Of a DNA stretch of 64,000 bases, positions 36,179 to 50,319 are shown piece by piece (within the stretch, counting starts at the first letter, position 1; every line of letters starts with the position of its first letter). A model generated the notes under the pieces. The model saw only the letters and a list, made by a program, of their open reading frames with translations. It was not told where the DNA came from and searched no databases. The translations under genes were made by a program, and so were the position numbers. Source of the DNA: Vicugna vicugna (lineage: Eukaryota); the NCBI GenBank assembly GCA_013265495.1, contig MU058017.1:186001-250000 (forward strand), read 5' to 3'.

Positions 36179-39100
36179 AGTACTTTAAATATGTTATTCC
36201 AATTCAGCAGTAATGTTCAATGCCATAGGTCAATGGAGTCTTTTTGAATCTATGACATTTTGGTGTGGACTGCTCTTAATTAAGACTATTAAACAAAATT
36301 TTTCTGGGAAGGTATGTGTTGGTAATGTATTTTAAAAGCTCCATTTTTGGATTTAAACAGTTTTAAAGTGCTGACATCTTTTAATCAGTTTACAAATTTA
36401 TTACATTTACATATTTTAAAATATGGCAATAGGTTTTTTAATGAATCCTTTGAAAAATTATATTAAACTATGATTATACTCAATTAAATAAAAATCAAAA
36501 TAATGTCCACATTTGAGATAATAATACAAACTCTAAACGCCTCAGGCATGGAGTATAATTGATGAAAAGGCAGAATGAAGACATAATGGTAAGCACACTC
36601 ACAGGAATAACTTCAACTACCTTTCAGGCACACTATCCCTTTCTAAGTCACTTGAGATATACTGTTTTCATACTCTGGGAGGAAACAAAAAAAAAAAAGA
36701 AAGAAAGAAAACCACATCCATCATCCCTTCCAGGAAATAGCTCTGGAGATTCTCTCTGCTTGTGGCTACATCAGTTCTGCAACAGCTGGGTGTGTGGGTG
36801 GCGCACATCAGGTCTGCCAGTTTCCAAAGAGGAACCTGGGCCTCCTGAACTGTTACAGTACCTCCCAGCTTTGTGGGGGGTCCGTGGCTCCAGTCTATGC
36901 ATTGGGATGGAGACGAGGTGGGGTGCATGCGGAAGGAGGGAAGCACCTGAGAACACATGCCTGGATTTTGTGGAGACCACCAGTGTGTAAACCACTTATG
37001 TGACAAGACCAATTCCAAAGGGAAGAGGAGTGGCCATTTCCCCTTCAGTTCCAACAGCTGCAGCCCACCACACAGCTGCTACTCTGGGTTTAGGATAGAA
37101 GAAAAACAAAAGAGAAGTGGGACACTCTGTAGTGGTTTGGCTGCTTGGAAGTAGTAGGCAGAGTGTAAGGAAAGCCACCAAGAGAAGAGCAAAAGTCTCT
37201 CCACATGCCCCGGATTGTTCAGTGTAGGCTGTTAACACTCTCTGCTACCCCAACCAGTACCACAAAGGTTGACTTTTCTCTCATGCAAAAATCCTCTGTA
37301 GTCTGGAATTCTCTCCAAGCAACGGTGTCTCCTGTAGTGACGGTGTAATCCAGGCTTGCAGAGTCTCTGCTCCTCCCAGCTGCACAATCAAAAGCATGTA
37401 GCCCCCTTGGTCAGCATGGCAGTGGGAGAGAGAGCAGGAGAGTCCCACCACAGTCACAGGGACTGTAAGTGACACATGTCACTGCTGCTCACGTTTCACT
37501 GGCCACCTCCAGTCACCACTAGGCAAAGCCTGGCTTCAAAGGGCATGAGACTGCAGTCCCTGTGTATCTGTAGTCAAATGCTCTAGCTAGACTGAGCTAG
37601 ACCCCACCTCCACCCCTGTGTACCTGGAAGGGGATATTGATGAACATTAGAGCCAAGTGCCCTTACCCTCTGAAGCCCTAAAATGAAGTTCTAGGTATAT
37701 GTAGCCACAGCTTTCCAAGAGAATGCACCTGCCCATTCTCTGATGTCTAATTGTCTTTGTACTCACATCTGGATTCTAGTTTTCCTTCCAAAGTGACAGA
37801 GAAGAGGGAAATACTTAGTGTCTAGCCTGTGGAGTCTGAAAGCAGAGAGCTGGTTCTTAAAAGTCTGCAAAGGCAAAGGTAACCAAAAATGCATCACAGG
37901 CTATGGTTTTAAGCAGCTCTGCACCCTCCCCACCCCAATAATGTAATGTTTGGTAGGAAGTACTGACTTGTGTCTCCCTGGGCTTTACCTGTCTCTTTTT
38001 TATGACTGACTTTTCTTATTTGTTTCTGGTTCCTGGGTATTGATTCTAGTGGAAGGGAGAGAGGTGGGAGCTGGAGAGGCAGAAGGTAAGGGAGAGACAG
38101 AGAGAAAGACAAAGAAGAAAAGAGGGAGAGACAGAACAAAAGGAAAAGAAATTACCTTGTGAGATTATCAAGTTCTTTCAAAAACATCAGTTCATACAAG
38201 CTTCAAAACAGTCCTTAAAAGAACATATACATTTATCCCCAAGTTACCAGTGAAGAACTAAAACTCAGAAGGATACATAAAGTAAATTGAGGGCAGGAGA
38301 AGAAATAAATCTTAATCAAGGCAGTTTCCACTTATTTCAGGGCCTCTGGGAACTCCAAAGACAAGCAAGACCATGTTTTAACACACGCCCGGTCTCTTCG
38401 GAATGCCAGATGTCACTTACCTTTTATCCCAATGGTTATTTTACTTTTTGACATCGAGACTAGCTTTAAAAGCACTGCTTTCCCATCTCTGGTCTCCTCA
38501 CCTGCCTTTAATCCACCAGAACTAAATCTGTGAACTCAGATTGATTTGGATCATAGCCACAGCATTTTCACGAATCCCCAAAAGCCTTCTATTCTGGCCC
38601 TTCCATGCCAACTCACGCCCCATGGGCACTCAACTGATCACATCTCAAATCCCCACAAATGGGGCTCCAGTTCAAACCAGCACACTCCACGATGGTTTGT
38701 CTTGCACCTTGAGCCACGCCTTAGTGACTTCAGGTAAGCACAGGAGGAAGGAATGAAAGCCCTCCCTAGGGTGTGTGGGTCCACGGGCACAACAATGAAT
38801 GCTTCCTTCAGCCCAGAAATTAAAAGCCAGGCTTTTGAAACAGAGAGGCAAAGGCTCCCATTTGCCAAGTTACTACTTAGAAGAAGAATGTAAATTCCAG
38901 CAGTCTGGGCTGCCAGTAGGACTGCTGGAGGGTATGGGGACTTGCAGAGTGAGGCTGCAGCATCAAGATCGCTTGAAGAAAGGGCCAAGGAAGGGCAAGT
39001 ACTCTGTGAGAGGAACAGAGGGAGCAGGAATGCGTTTCCTGAAGGCATGTGTGAGAACAAGCAGTTATTATCCCCAGAGACATCTGTGAGACTCTCAAAT

Positions 39101-39689
39101 TGTGCCTGTTAAAGGGCAAGACGGAGAGAGAAAAGTGAATTACTGGAAAAAGCAGGTATCTCCCTGGGAGTTGTGAGGGCGGCAAAAAGACTGTCTACGT
39201 CTGTTAGTCTTGGCAGCTGTCTATCTGTGAATCTGGCCCAGTCAGAGTTTCCAAGGCCTTGCTTCTGAAAAATGTGGCAAGGGTTTAATGTGTACCAGAG
39301 ACTACACAGGGCTCTGGTGTGAGCAGGGTCAGAGGAAACTGAGGTCCCAGCCTCAGTCCCTTAGCATGTGGGAGTCACTTAGGTGGTGACATCATGATTA
39401 GCTTGGCCTTTGCTTACAGACTGTAGTTCTCTGAAGACTCTAGGGGAATGTGTCTCAAATTGGAATGGAATCTCCATCTAAGTTTTGTGTTTCTCTCTAC
39501 TGCATCCTGAGTAGTATTATGAAGTCCAGATCATGGGTGAGAACCTCCTCACTGACAAATGAGAGGCTTTTGGGCAAACACTTCTTCCATGCAACAGAGG
39601 GCAGATTTTCTGCCTGGAGCCATAGTACTTCCTCTCTGCTACTTAGTACTCTACAAGAAATACCTCTTTTCTTCATACTCCCCTGGTGC

Positions 39690-40707
39690 TGTCTTGTTTA
39701 GGAATGTCTTTGGTTGCAAGTAACAGAAAACCTACTTTACAGCAGCTCAAACAAATGCAGGTGTATTTTTCTCATATAACAAGATTTTGGATCTAGACAG
39801 CAGCTAGCATCTATTCAGAAGCTCGACGACATCAGGGAATTCTCTTATCTTTTCATTCATACTTGTTTTTTTCAGAGTCACAAGATGTCTGCTGATCAAT
39901 GGAGGAATGGATAAAGTTGTCATGTCCATGTGAATATACAACAGAGTATTATTCAGATTTAAAAAGGAAAGGAATCCTGCCATTTGCAACCACATAGAGG
40001 GACCTGGAAGACATTATGCTAAGTGAAACAAGCCAGACACAGGAAGAAAAATATTGCATGATCTCACTTCTACGTGGAGTCTACATAGAAGCAGAGAGTA
40101 GAACAGTGGTTACCAGGGGCAAGAAAGGATAGGGAGACATTGGTCAAAAGATGCAAAGGTGCAGTTCTGTGGGATAAACAAGTCTACAGATCTAATTTCC
40201 AGCATGACTATAGTTAGTAATACTACTGTATACTGGCAATTTGTTAGGATAGTACATTTCAGGTGCTCTGACAACAACAACAACAAAAGGATGGTAACTG
40301 TGTAAGGAGATGGATATGTTAATCAACTTGACTATATTAATCACTTCACTATGTATGGGTATATCAAAACATCATGATGTACACCTTAAATATATACAAT
40401 TTTATTTTTTAAAGATGGTTGCTGCATCATTGGGTATTAGGTTTGTGTTCAAAGTAGCAAAAAGGGAGAAGGGCAGTGTCCACTGTGATAATCCCTATTC
40501 ATCAGGACAGTGCTCCACTGGAATCCCCATCAGACCTCTGTGTGTGTCCCACTCATCAGATCTCTGTCCCATAGTCACACTTGGCATGAAGGGAGCCTTG
40601 GGGGCCCAGAATTTAGCTGGACACCCTGCCAGCCTGAACAAAATCAGGCTTCTGTCAATTACAAAGAGGGAGGAGTTACTGGGAAGGCAACTAACAGTGG
40701 CTGCCAC
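39690..40707 (-). mobile_element. MaLR (MLT1-type) LTR split by an L1 insertion
   Basis: Starts tttaggaatgtctttggttgcaagtaacagaaaacc, resumes aagatggttgctgca after the L1, ends ggaaggcaactaacagtggctgccaca. Confidence 0.75.
39895..40411 (+). mobile_element. 5'-truncated L1 (L1MA-like) 3' end with degenerate TSD
   Basis: aaggaatcctgccatttgcaaccacat..gacattatgctaagtgaaacaagccagacacag..tgtacaccttaaatatatacaattttatt. TSD aagatgtctgctg (39882-39894) / aagatggttgctg (40412-40424). Confidence 0.9.
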
Positions 40708-43254
40708 ACCCTGTGCACAGCACTGATCAAATTGCATCAAAATGTTCTGTTTTTGTCTCTGTCTCCTCTCCCATCAGAATTAACAGCACTTGGCAGACCA
40801 AGGTACCCAGTCATTCTTGTATTCCCAGCATCTGGCACATTGCCTGGCATAAAACAGACTTAATAAACATAACTCAAACTCAAAAAAATATTGGCTGAAT
40901 AGAGAGACAAAAGAACTGCATTTTGATCCATCTTTGTATGCAATTCTCTCTTTAAAGATAAAAGGAGATACTGATGTAAAAAGAAACATTAGTTATCCAA
41001 GAGACAGATATGCCAAGAAATTAGTGTATGATGCCACTTAAATGTACAATAGTTTCTAACCCAAATACAATGGGGGTAGGTAATAATACTACTAGCCACC
41101 ACAATGGAAATTTTCATGCTCTATTATCTTTAATCCTAATATCTCCCCAAGTATTACTTACCTCATCTTAGAGAAGTTGGGAAAGTGGCACAAAATCTAA
41201 GAGTTGCAAATGGTAGAACCAGAGTGTGAGCCTGAGTAGACCAATCTTTCTCCACTGTTCATCTGGCCTTCTGCATGAGAGTGTCCAGCACCCTCACTTT
41301 CTCAAGGGAAACACCAGTGCTGGGATGTCACATGAGGACTCCAACTAGAAATCGGGCTTCCTGTCTCCAAGGACACCTTTCCATCTTTACTCTCTGCCTC
41401 CCTCAACACTTCACTCAGCAGAGAGAGCACTGGGCTGTGCTCTTGAAGAACCAGTGGCGCTGCTGAGCATGGGGAAAGGATTATTGTTTTTTTCCAGCAT
41501 CCATGATAAATCCAGATAAGGAGAGAAGGGGAGAGAGCCAGAACAGGGCAGGCTCCTCTCAAGCCAACCCTATGCAGCATGTAAACCTAGCCCTACAAGT
41601 AGGAGCAGAAACTTCTATGGACTCTTCTTTTCAGCAGCAATCTGATGCCATTAGGCTGAGGTATGTGTATGTGGCTTTGGACCACTAGACAAAGCATGTT
41701 GTGAACTTCCATCAACTCCAGTGAGACAGTACAAACAAGGATGAAATGGCTACATTTTGGCTGATGGCTTCAGGTTGCCCACACTGGTTCACAAGTGACT
41801 GTAGTCCCCTGGCCACCACCTCTTTCTCTAACTGATTAATCAAGCTTTGTGCCAAGAGCTTGGAGTCAGGGATGCCTCCGTGGGGAAAAGTGATATTTCA
41901 ATCCTGACTTACCTAAAAGCCAGTATCATACAGCCTACAGTCTGTGAATGTGTCTAAGGCGTATCAGTTGCATCTCTCATGGCAAATACAATACAGATGA
42001 GGTTCTTCATCAAGAAATCAGAATCTAATTCAATAAAATCTACTCATGCAATTCAAGAACAGTTTTCTCTGAGGATTTCATGATGCCCAGGGGCTGTAAG
42101 ACAAGCCCATCCAAGTAGCATTCATGGCTTGTGCATTCCTAAAACACTCACTTCTGAGAATATGTGTACAAAAGAAAGGCAGAGTTAGAGGCAGAGAGAA
42201 ACCTCAGATAAGTCACAGCAAACCAAAACTGGCTTTTAAGGATCTCTAATTCAGCAGCAAGATACACACTGAGGTCTTACAATCCTTTGGATGAAATAAA
42301 GGGAATTCTCAATTATACTGGGGAAAAAACCCTCTTCTGAGCTCTTCAGGCACAGAGACTGTAAATTTTGGCAGGGAACACTGATCTGAGATTTAAAGCC
42401 AGAATTATAGCTCAAAATGAGAGAAAAGATGAACAAGGGTTGTCAGAAATAGAATCATTTTATGCTTCATATTTTCGCCAAGGTAACAATTATACATTTC
42501 AACAATGTTTCTGTAAATTGGTACCAAATGGATTACTCAGGAACCTCACATTTTGGTTTGATGAGAACAAGTATAACAATTGTTCAAATAAAGAGTACAG
42601 AGTTTACAATTGGGAAAGAATCAAAGGAAAACTTGTTGCGCTAGGCTGGGGGTCTCTCATGTACTGTCTCTTGTAGTTTTAACAGACTCTTTGCCCAAGT
42701 CCACGTGGCCAGGCGTTCCTGGGGCTGTACCCGGGACCTCCAGGGCAATTTCACTGAATCGTGGTTCCCCAGCTTGTTGTGGTCTGCAAATCTCTATCAT
42801 GTCACTCTAAACCAGAGGTAAATCCTGAAGTGGAACACCTGGGAACAGAAGTGGTTGCCCCAAAATTCACTTATCAGAATCTCAGCAATCTGGGGTTCTT
42901 GGTGACAGCCAGGGAAGAGAACGGGGGTAGGCTGGGAGTAGAAGGCCCTAACTGGAGCTCTGTCACTGGTTGCAAGTGTTGGAATAACTATCATATACAA
43001 GTAAAATGATTGGTTTGAGGTTTCTGCACCCACTGCTGCATCCTTTTATTATTTATATAATATATGTAATAAAGAGCATATTTATTATTCAAAAAACATG
43101 GTAGGTTATGGGAACAGAGGACAGAGGCTGGCCCAACAATGCCTCAGTCCCAATGAAACCTAATGAAACCACGACAAATGCCAATGGCAAAAGGCGTTGT
43201 GGGACTGCAGACACCACAATGACTCTAAGGGAAAAAACAACTTTTTAAAAAAAA

Positions 43255-44197
43255 TTTTTTTAACTTTTTTTATTGAGTTATAGTCCTTTTACAATGTTGT
43301 GTCAAATTCCAGTGTAGAGCACAATTTTTCAGTTATACATGAATATACATATATTCATTGTCACTTTTTTTTTTTGCTGTGAGTTACCACAAGATCTTGT
43401 ATATATTTCCCTGTGCTACTATACGGTATAATCTTGTTTATCTATTCTACATTTTGAAATCCCAGTCTGTCCCTTCCCACCCCCCACACCCTTGGCAACC
43501 ACAAGTTTGTATTCTATGTCTATGAGTCTATTTCTGTTTTGTATTTATGTTGTTTGTTTGGGTTTTTTAGATTCCACATATGGGCGATCTCATGGTATTT
43601 TTCTTTCTCTTTCTGGCTTACTTCACTTAGAATGACATTCTCCAGGAACATCCATGTTGCTGCAAATGGCATTATGTTGTCGGTTTTTATGGCTAGATAG
43701 TATTCCATGGTACAAATATACCACCTCTTCTTTATCGAATTCTCTGTTGATGGACATTTAGGCTGTTTCCATGTCTTGGCTATTGTAAACAGTGATGCTG
43801 TGAACACTAGGGTGCAGGTATCATTTTGAAGTAGGGTTCCTTCTGGATATACGCCCAGGAGCAGGATTCCTGGGTTGTATGGTAAGTCTATTCCTAGTCT
43901 TTTGAGGAATCTCCATACTGTTTTCCACAGTGGCTGCATCAAACTGCATTCCCACCAGCAGTGAAGGAGGGTTCCCCTTTCTCCACAGCCTCTCCAGCAT
44001 TTGTCATTTGTGGACTTTTGAATGATGGCCATTCTGACTGGTGTGAGGTGATACCTCATTGTAGTTTTGATTTGCATTTCTCTGATAATTAGTGATACTG
44101 AGCATTTTTTCATATGCCTATTGATCATTTGTATTTCCTCCTTGGAGAATTGCTTGTTTAGGTCTTTTGCCCATTTTTGGATTAGGTTGTTTGTTTT
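43255..44197 (-). mobile_element. Relatively young 5'-truncated L1 with open ORF2 C-terminus
   Basis: ORF 43520-44431 includes [49 protein letters not shown] (CCHC knuckle)..[14 protein letters not shown], followed by 3'UTR and A-rich tail on the minus strand. Confidence 0.95.
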
Positions 44198-44974
44198 AAC
44201 TTCTTTTGAATTTTTTTTAACAGGAACATATGTGCTATTACAATCATTAAATGAGGACATTAAGAAGAACAAGACAAGGTTTTGCATCATTACAAGTAAC
44301 AGAAGAATCTTCTTATTGGTAAGTAAGCTTATTTTCCCTGGTTCATTTTTTATTTTCAAATTAAGGGCTAAATTCTCTTCTCTGCCAAACATGAAGGGAG
44401 ATAGATGAGAAAAACGATTGACAATTATCATGAAGTACTATATACTGTTAAGTACTTTCATATTGTAAGAACTTATCACAAATTAAATAATAAAGGCATA
44501 TTAAGTATTATGAAAAACAAGTGTAATCTATAGCCTTCCCATGACACACTACACCTAACCCTAGGAGAACTAAACATGCCAGTCCTGCAGCCCTTACTCT
44601 GAGTATGCCACTCCATGGCCCACTACAATCAGTAGCCAGGGCTGGGCACAGCAGCAGAGGAATGAAAGTGTTAGAAATGGAAGTAGACTCCCCATGCAGT
44701 TGAAAGCTAAGAAAGGGAAACTGTGATATGTACTTTGCAGGTCAGATTTCTCTTCCCTCACTCAAAATTACAGCAAACAGAATCATATCTGGGTAATAAT
44801 AACCCACATTGCTGTAGCTCCTACAGTACACAAAGAGCTTTTACCTATGGGATCTCATTGAAAGAGCAACTCACTCCACTCTCTAAACAGTTTCTAGAGA
44901 GAGAAAATGTATATGTCAAAAGAAGATGCCTTGTTCTCATATTAAGGCTCTTCTTTATTGACAGTAGGTCAGCA

Positions 44975-45310
44975 AAAGCCCATGTGAGGTTCCAGAGGCA
45001 GATCCTCAGGCAGGACTCACTGACAAGCAGGGAATTTGGACAGGGAGGAAGGAGCAACCAAACAAAGGTGGGATTTCAGGCAGTCAGGCTTTAGCCTGAT
45101 CCCTAAAGGGAGCTGTGGAATATCAATTATGCTGCAGAGTTTATCCCAACCAGAGGGATGAGGGCTGGGGTTTCCTATTCCTGCACATACATTCACTGGC
45201 CATGGGTTCAGGGGGTGGTGGGGACAGGGAACATCAATCCTGAGCACTGCCTTCTGTCTGCACATGTGGGGCTCCAGGAGGGTGTCACGATGAGGGCTGT
45301 TACAAGAAAA
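44975..45310 (-). mobile_element. Probable ERVL LTR relic (LTR16/LTR33-like)
   Basis: ggttccagaggcagatcctcaggcagga, ttagcctgatccctaaagggagctgtgga, gagggctggggtttcctattcc. Confidence 0.45.
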
Positions 45311-48300
45311 CCCAGCACGCAGAAGAGGGAGGCTCACAGACAAAGAAGAAGGGATTCCAGAGAATCCAGGCTGAATAATGATATGATGCACTGTGAGTTT
45401 GGCTCTATGGACAACAGACTTAGAAAAACAGATTAAAAATTCAGAGTTCCATGCCAAAACTACTGAAACATAGGCAAAAAATGTCATGATCTAAGAGTGA
45501 AAAGTAGGAGGAGGAGAAGAACCAGGACCTCAAATTAAACCTCAAATTAAACTCTATTGAGAAAATCCCAGGGCTCTGATAAGGTCAGCATTACCTGTTT
45601 ACAAGAACACATTAATGTTCCCTCTTGAAAGTAAAGCTCCTTGAGGGCAAAAGCCACAACTTAGGTCTCTGTGTCACTGGGTCCTCACCCCAAGCCTGGT
45701 ACATGACAGCTACTCACTTTTATGGAAAAAATGGGTATGTAGGACTGAGCAGCACTGAGCATGCTCACCCATCTCCTTGAGTAGTAGAAGGCTGGGGTCA
45801 TGTATTGAGTGTCAAGATACACAGCTCCCAAGGACCCACCAAGGCTAATCCATCCTGTGAAAAGAAAACTTAAAATAAAATGTCAAGGTATGTGTATATA
45901 TTAGGTAGGACTAGAAATGTGTACTTTTGGAGCCCAGACTATCCTTATTCAAATTCAAACATAGAATAGATATTTACCTTTCTGCTATGGTTTTCAGATT
46001 CCACATACCCTCCTATAAATTCTCCCTAACCCACTCACTTGTCTAAAGATACACTCTCCAGTTCTCTTTCTTTAGTGTGGGGTTTAGGTTCAAATGTAAA
46101 TCCCTATGGAATAGGTAACACTTCAATTTAATTACAGCAATCATTTATACCTTAGCATGAATAAAAGCTTCCAGAACAGAATTTTTAGTAAAAGGTGTTG
46201 AGGAATGGAAGGGATCAATAAGTGAAATGAAAAAAGAGCAGTGAACTTTTCTGAAGACACATGTCATCTCTTCACTGACCTGCCTGGGCCTGGCCTGGAC
46301 TACAGCCAGGTGGCAGTCCCCTGTACCCACCTGTGCACAGCAGGACCCAACTCCTCTCAAATTCAGGACCTCAGACATCCTGTAACCCTCAACAGTTCTT
46401 CAATGAGCCCCAGGCACAGGCCTGTCTCCTCCTCAGTCTGGGGAATCATCTGAACATCACTAGATTAAGGAGAATAACTCAGCAAACCAAAATCTTAGAG
46501 AGCACAGACCGCAGACACATGACCCAGTCACAACTTCACAAGTCCTCAATTGTGAGTCACAGAGTGAGTAGGTCACAAACCTTAGCAAGTTATGTAACAA
46601 TCTGGAACCTGAGAGTCATGGGATCAGGGTGTGCCACCAATTAGCTGTGTAACTTTAAGGCTTTGGTTTCCATAAGAGTTGAGAAAAAAAAAAGGAGAGG
46701 CAAGAGATACTGAGATATTGCATAATCAAAAAATTAAAAATACATTTAAAATTATGTTAAAAATTTTTTTTCATTTTAGGACTCCTAAGGGAGTATAATG
46801 TTTTAAGTTGCACTGTGTATCTCTAGGAGGCAAAATAGAGTTCCATGTTTCCCAGACATAATTTATCTTGGAACCCTATTTTCAAATACCATTTCTAAGA
46901 ACCAGTATTCCACCGGATGCAATTTGGGAACTGCTAGACTAAAAGATTCCCAAATCCCTTTAAAGCAGTAACATTCTGCAATTTTACCCCATGAGTCTTT
47001 TTCTCTTTCCTCTAATCGTAGTAAGGACCTCCACTTAAGATTCTCAATATACAAACTCTGCAAATTCCACAATGCCAATTTTTTGCAACAGTGGTAATTA
47101 TAACAATATGACAACAACTCATAATTATAATGTAACTGTTATTATAACATGGAGGAGGACTTAGGGGAGATGGAGCACATCCTCCTGTCAACACGCTTGC
47201 TTTCAGGAAACTCCGAGTATCGGTAACTGACAGTCTCCACTAGAAAATCTCTGAACATTCTGAACTTCGAGCTTGTTTTTCTTTCTTTTTTTTTTTTTTT
47301 AAGAAAGCTTAACGACACACTTACAAAATAAACCCCCGGATGCCAGCACCACTTTGTTTAAGAAAATAATAAAATCCTTTGTTGTGCGTTAACAGTGTTG
47401 TAACTAATTAAGGGGGAAATTAGCTGCCAGGTTCCATGAAAAGACAAGGCTCAATTCCACTGACTTCATCTTTGCATCCATGAGAAGCAAGCTGATGGTC
47501 TGCTGCCTGTGTGGTGTTCAGCTCAGCCTCTGCCGACTGGGACTTATTACCTAAGGGTTACAAATATGTAACCAATGCTTTTTCCAGATATTCCACCACA
47601 AAGTAAGTACCACAGTGTCCATCGCCTCCCTTGAGGGCCTGGGTCTGAGCCACTCAAGATGCTCCCTGCAGCTCGGCCTGGAGCACAGGATTTTCATTAG
47701 ATTAGAGTTCCTTACATCCAAGCACATGCTGCTGTGGTATAAATGCTGCTCCTTTCTTAATGAGGAAGTGGGAAAGGGGACAAACACCCTAAATAAATAG
47801 CTACTTTTTAACTTTCATTTTCACTTTTTGGCTTTTTTAATGTTTAATAAACAACTGCATGTTCTACTTTCATTTTTCGTTAGGCTTGGGGAATTGAATA
47901 AAGCTTGCAAAAGCTTGTTCTCTTAATGGGAGTTTGTCCTGTTCTGTGATTCGGGAGGCTTATTCACAGGAAGCATTAATCGGAAGAGCCCTAGAACAGC
48001 TGACGCCCTGTGGGGCCCAGGAGAAAGAGATGTCCATGCAGACATTAGAGGCCGAACGATCACAGAAAGTTGCATATAACTCAAGAGCATGGTCTAAGTT
48101 TCACTGCTCTGGAACAAGGCGACCTACTGGCAAGCTCAAAGACAGGCGGGCAAGGGAGCCTCCTCTACAGTCTCACTTTGCCCTTAGAGACTTTCCTTTT
48201 AAGTCAGAGAGCAGTAGCCACTTTGCTGTCTCTAGACTGCTGCTTTTAAAATCTCTAAGTGTTCCTGGCCTCCCATTATCCCATCAGATTAAACTGGCCC

Positions 48301-50319
48301 CTTGAAAGAACTCAGAGAATGAGATCTGTCTAGGGAACATGATTGTGGGGAGTGAGAGGGGGCCTTGCCTGTACCTGAGTGACAGAGAATGGCAGGGACC
48401 ATCCACCAGGGCTGCTCGCAGGACAGTCACATTCCACTGGCACTGACTAACCACCAGAGTGGGAAAGGAGCAGAAAAGCAAGCGTGTCAAGGAAGAATTC
48501 CAAAAGAGAGCTTGAAAGAGTTTACTGTCAGCCAACTTCACCAACTGCTCATAAGAGAACCCCAAGTAAAATCAGATTCCCTTCCAGCAAGCCCTACCCA
48601 GGGCTCCCATATACGCTCCAATGAGAATTTGCCAGTCAAACAGGAAGCTATCCACACTCTCAACAGAAGACAAACCAAGAAAACAGTGAACCTCAATCAC
48701 TTTAACTGTTTAGCTCTTCCATGTACCCTGCAGACAAAATACATGTTTTTTCCTCAGCAACCAGAGGTCCAATTCAGCTTTAGCCTTAGCCAATTCAGCT
48801 CAAGGAGGAATTCAAGCCCAGGGATAGTGACTTATCCGGTCCCCCTCAAAAGAGAGGAAGGACAACATAAACAGGATTAACCTCTTATATTTGGCTGTTA
48901 AGAGAGGTGAAAACTAAAAACAACAATACATGTGTGGGAGACATTGCAAGGAAATGAATCAACAAGGTAAATCCACTTGAGGACCCAGAAGCTTCTTCTA
49001 GCAAACTCGTGGAGAGGAAAGGAAATAAATAACGGAGTTGAGTAGCCTTGTTTTTCTCCTGCTGAGACTACCTTCTCAAATATCACCCACTCATCCTCTG
49101 TAGTGACAACTCCAAACCTTGGTGGTTCTGTAGTTTTGCCACAAACTTAATTTTTTGAGAAGCCAAGAGCAGACAAAAACCTAACTGAACCTTTTCTTTT
49201 CTTTTCTTCTCTTTTCTTTTCTTTTGAGAGAGCTTTGAATTCCTTTCACAGAAATTTTCTAAGGACAAAGTAAAGTAGGCTTGAAGATAAAGGTGTTTTA
49301 AGAAAATCAGACTTCTCTACATCCAGGATATTCAGCCTGAACTGCAGTTACATTTCAACAAATACCTACATAAAATAAAATAAATCAAGAATCTTGAACT
49401 ACTGGGACCAACAAAAACCTTAAAGGAACCCAAATGCATGATCTTAGGGGAAAAGCGAAGAGCTACTTAAATAAGCCTCATTTTAATGAACTGCAGCATA
49501 GCTGATTGTTGATGCACCCTCAGAACTGCATATTTATACTCCTGTCTGCTAGCAGAATAGGTGGCTGGGCTTTTGTTTTGCTTTATCCAAGTGGAATGCA
49601 TTTCTCTAGGAGCACAGTGTATCTCAGACCTGGGTCTGGATAGAACCCAAGGAATGTGAGATCAGAGAGAGCCTGAAGTTACCAGATAATGGCCAACAGG
49701 CAATGAAGCTTTTGATTCTGTAAAATAAAGAACTGGACTAGATGAACTCTTAGGAGTTTTCCAGCTTGAACATTCTATGATTCCACCCCACATTCCATAT
49801 TCATTGACAAACAAGGAAAATCTGATCTGGACTGGTGGTTTTTGAAATCTCACGATTCCATAAAGTACCAGGAAAATGTGGTCATTCCAGACATATTTAA
49901 TTTGTGTGTACTTCACCATTGCTGAGCCCTTCCCGAACATTCAACTGGAACTAGGGTTCAAGGACATTTGGAAAAAGATCACAGAAAGTTTCTGGCTATT
50001 GGGTTTGTGTTATATTAAGGGATATACTAAGGGAAAGACTGTAAAGATTCTGAGCCATTCTTAACAGGTGACTCTTACCCTGAGGGTTGTAAGCATCTAT
50101 ACTTGAAAACTCCAAGGAGAGTGAAGTCCTTGAGGGAAGAGCTTGGAAAGAGTTCAGAATGGTCGGTTTGCTTTTTCCAGCTATTATTAGTGATATTTTT
50201 GGTTGAGGCTTGCCATGTTAGGAAAATTAAAAAGGCTTTGTTTTCAAAAAATGAAATACATTTGAATAACAAGAAAAAGTTACACAGCCACTTTTTTAAG
50301 GCTTAATTTAAATCCAGAA

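Noticed and set aside
36559..49086. Assorted 100-163 aa ORFs (e.g. 36559, 38638, 40310, 42368, 45017, 48389)
   Set aside because: No recognisable domains, many start at non-ATG codons or overlap LTR relics, and the lengths are plausible by chance.
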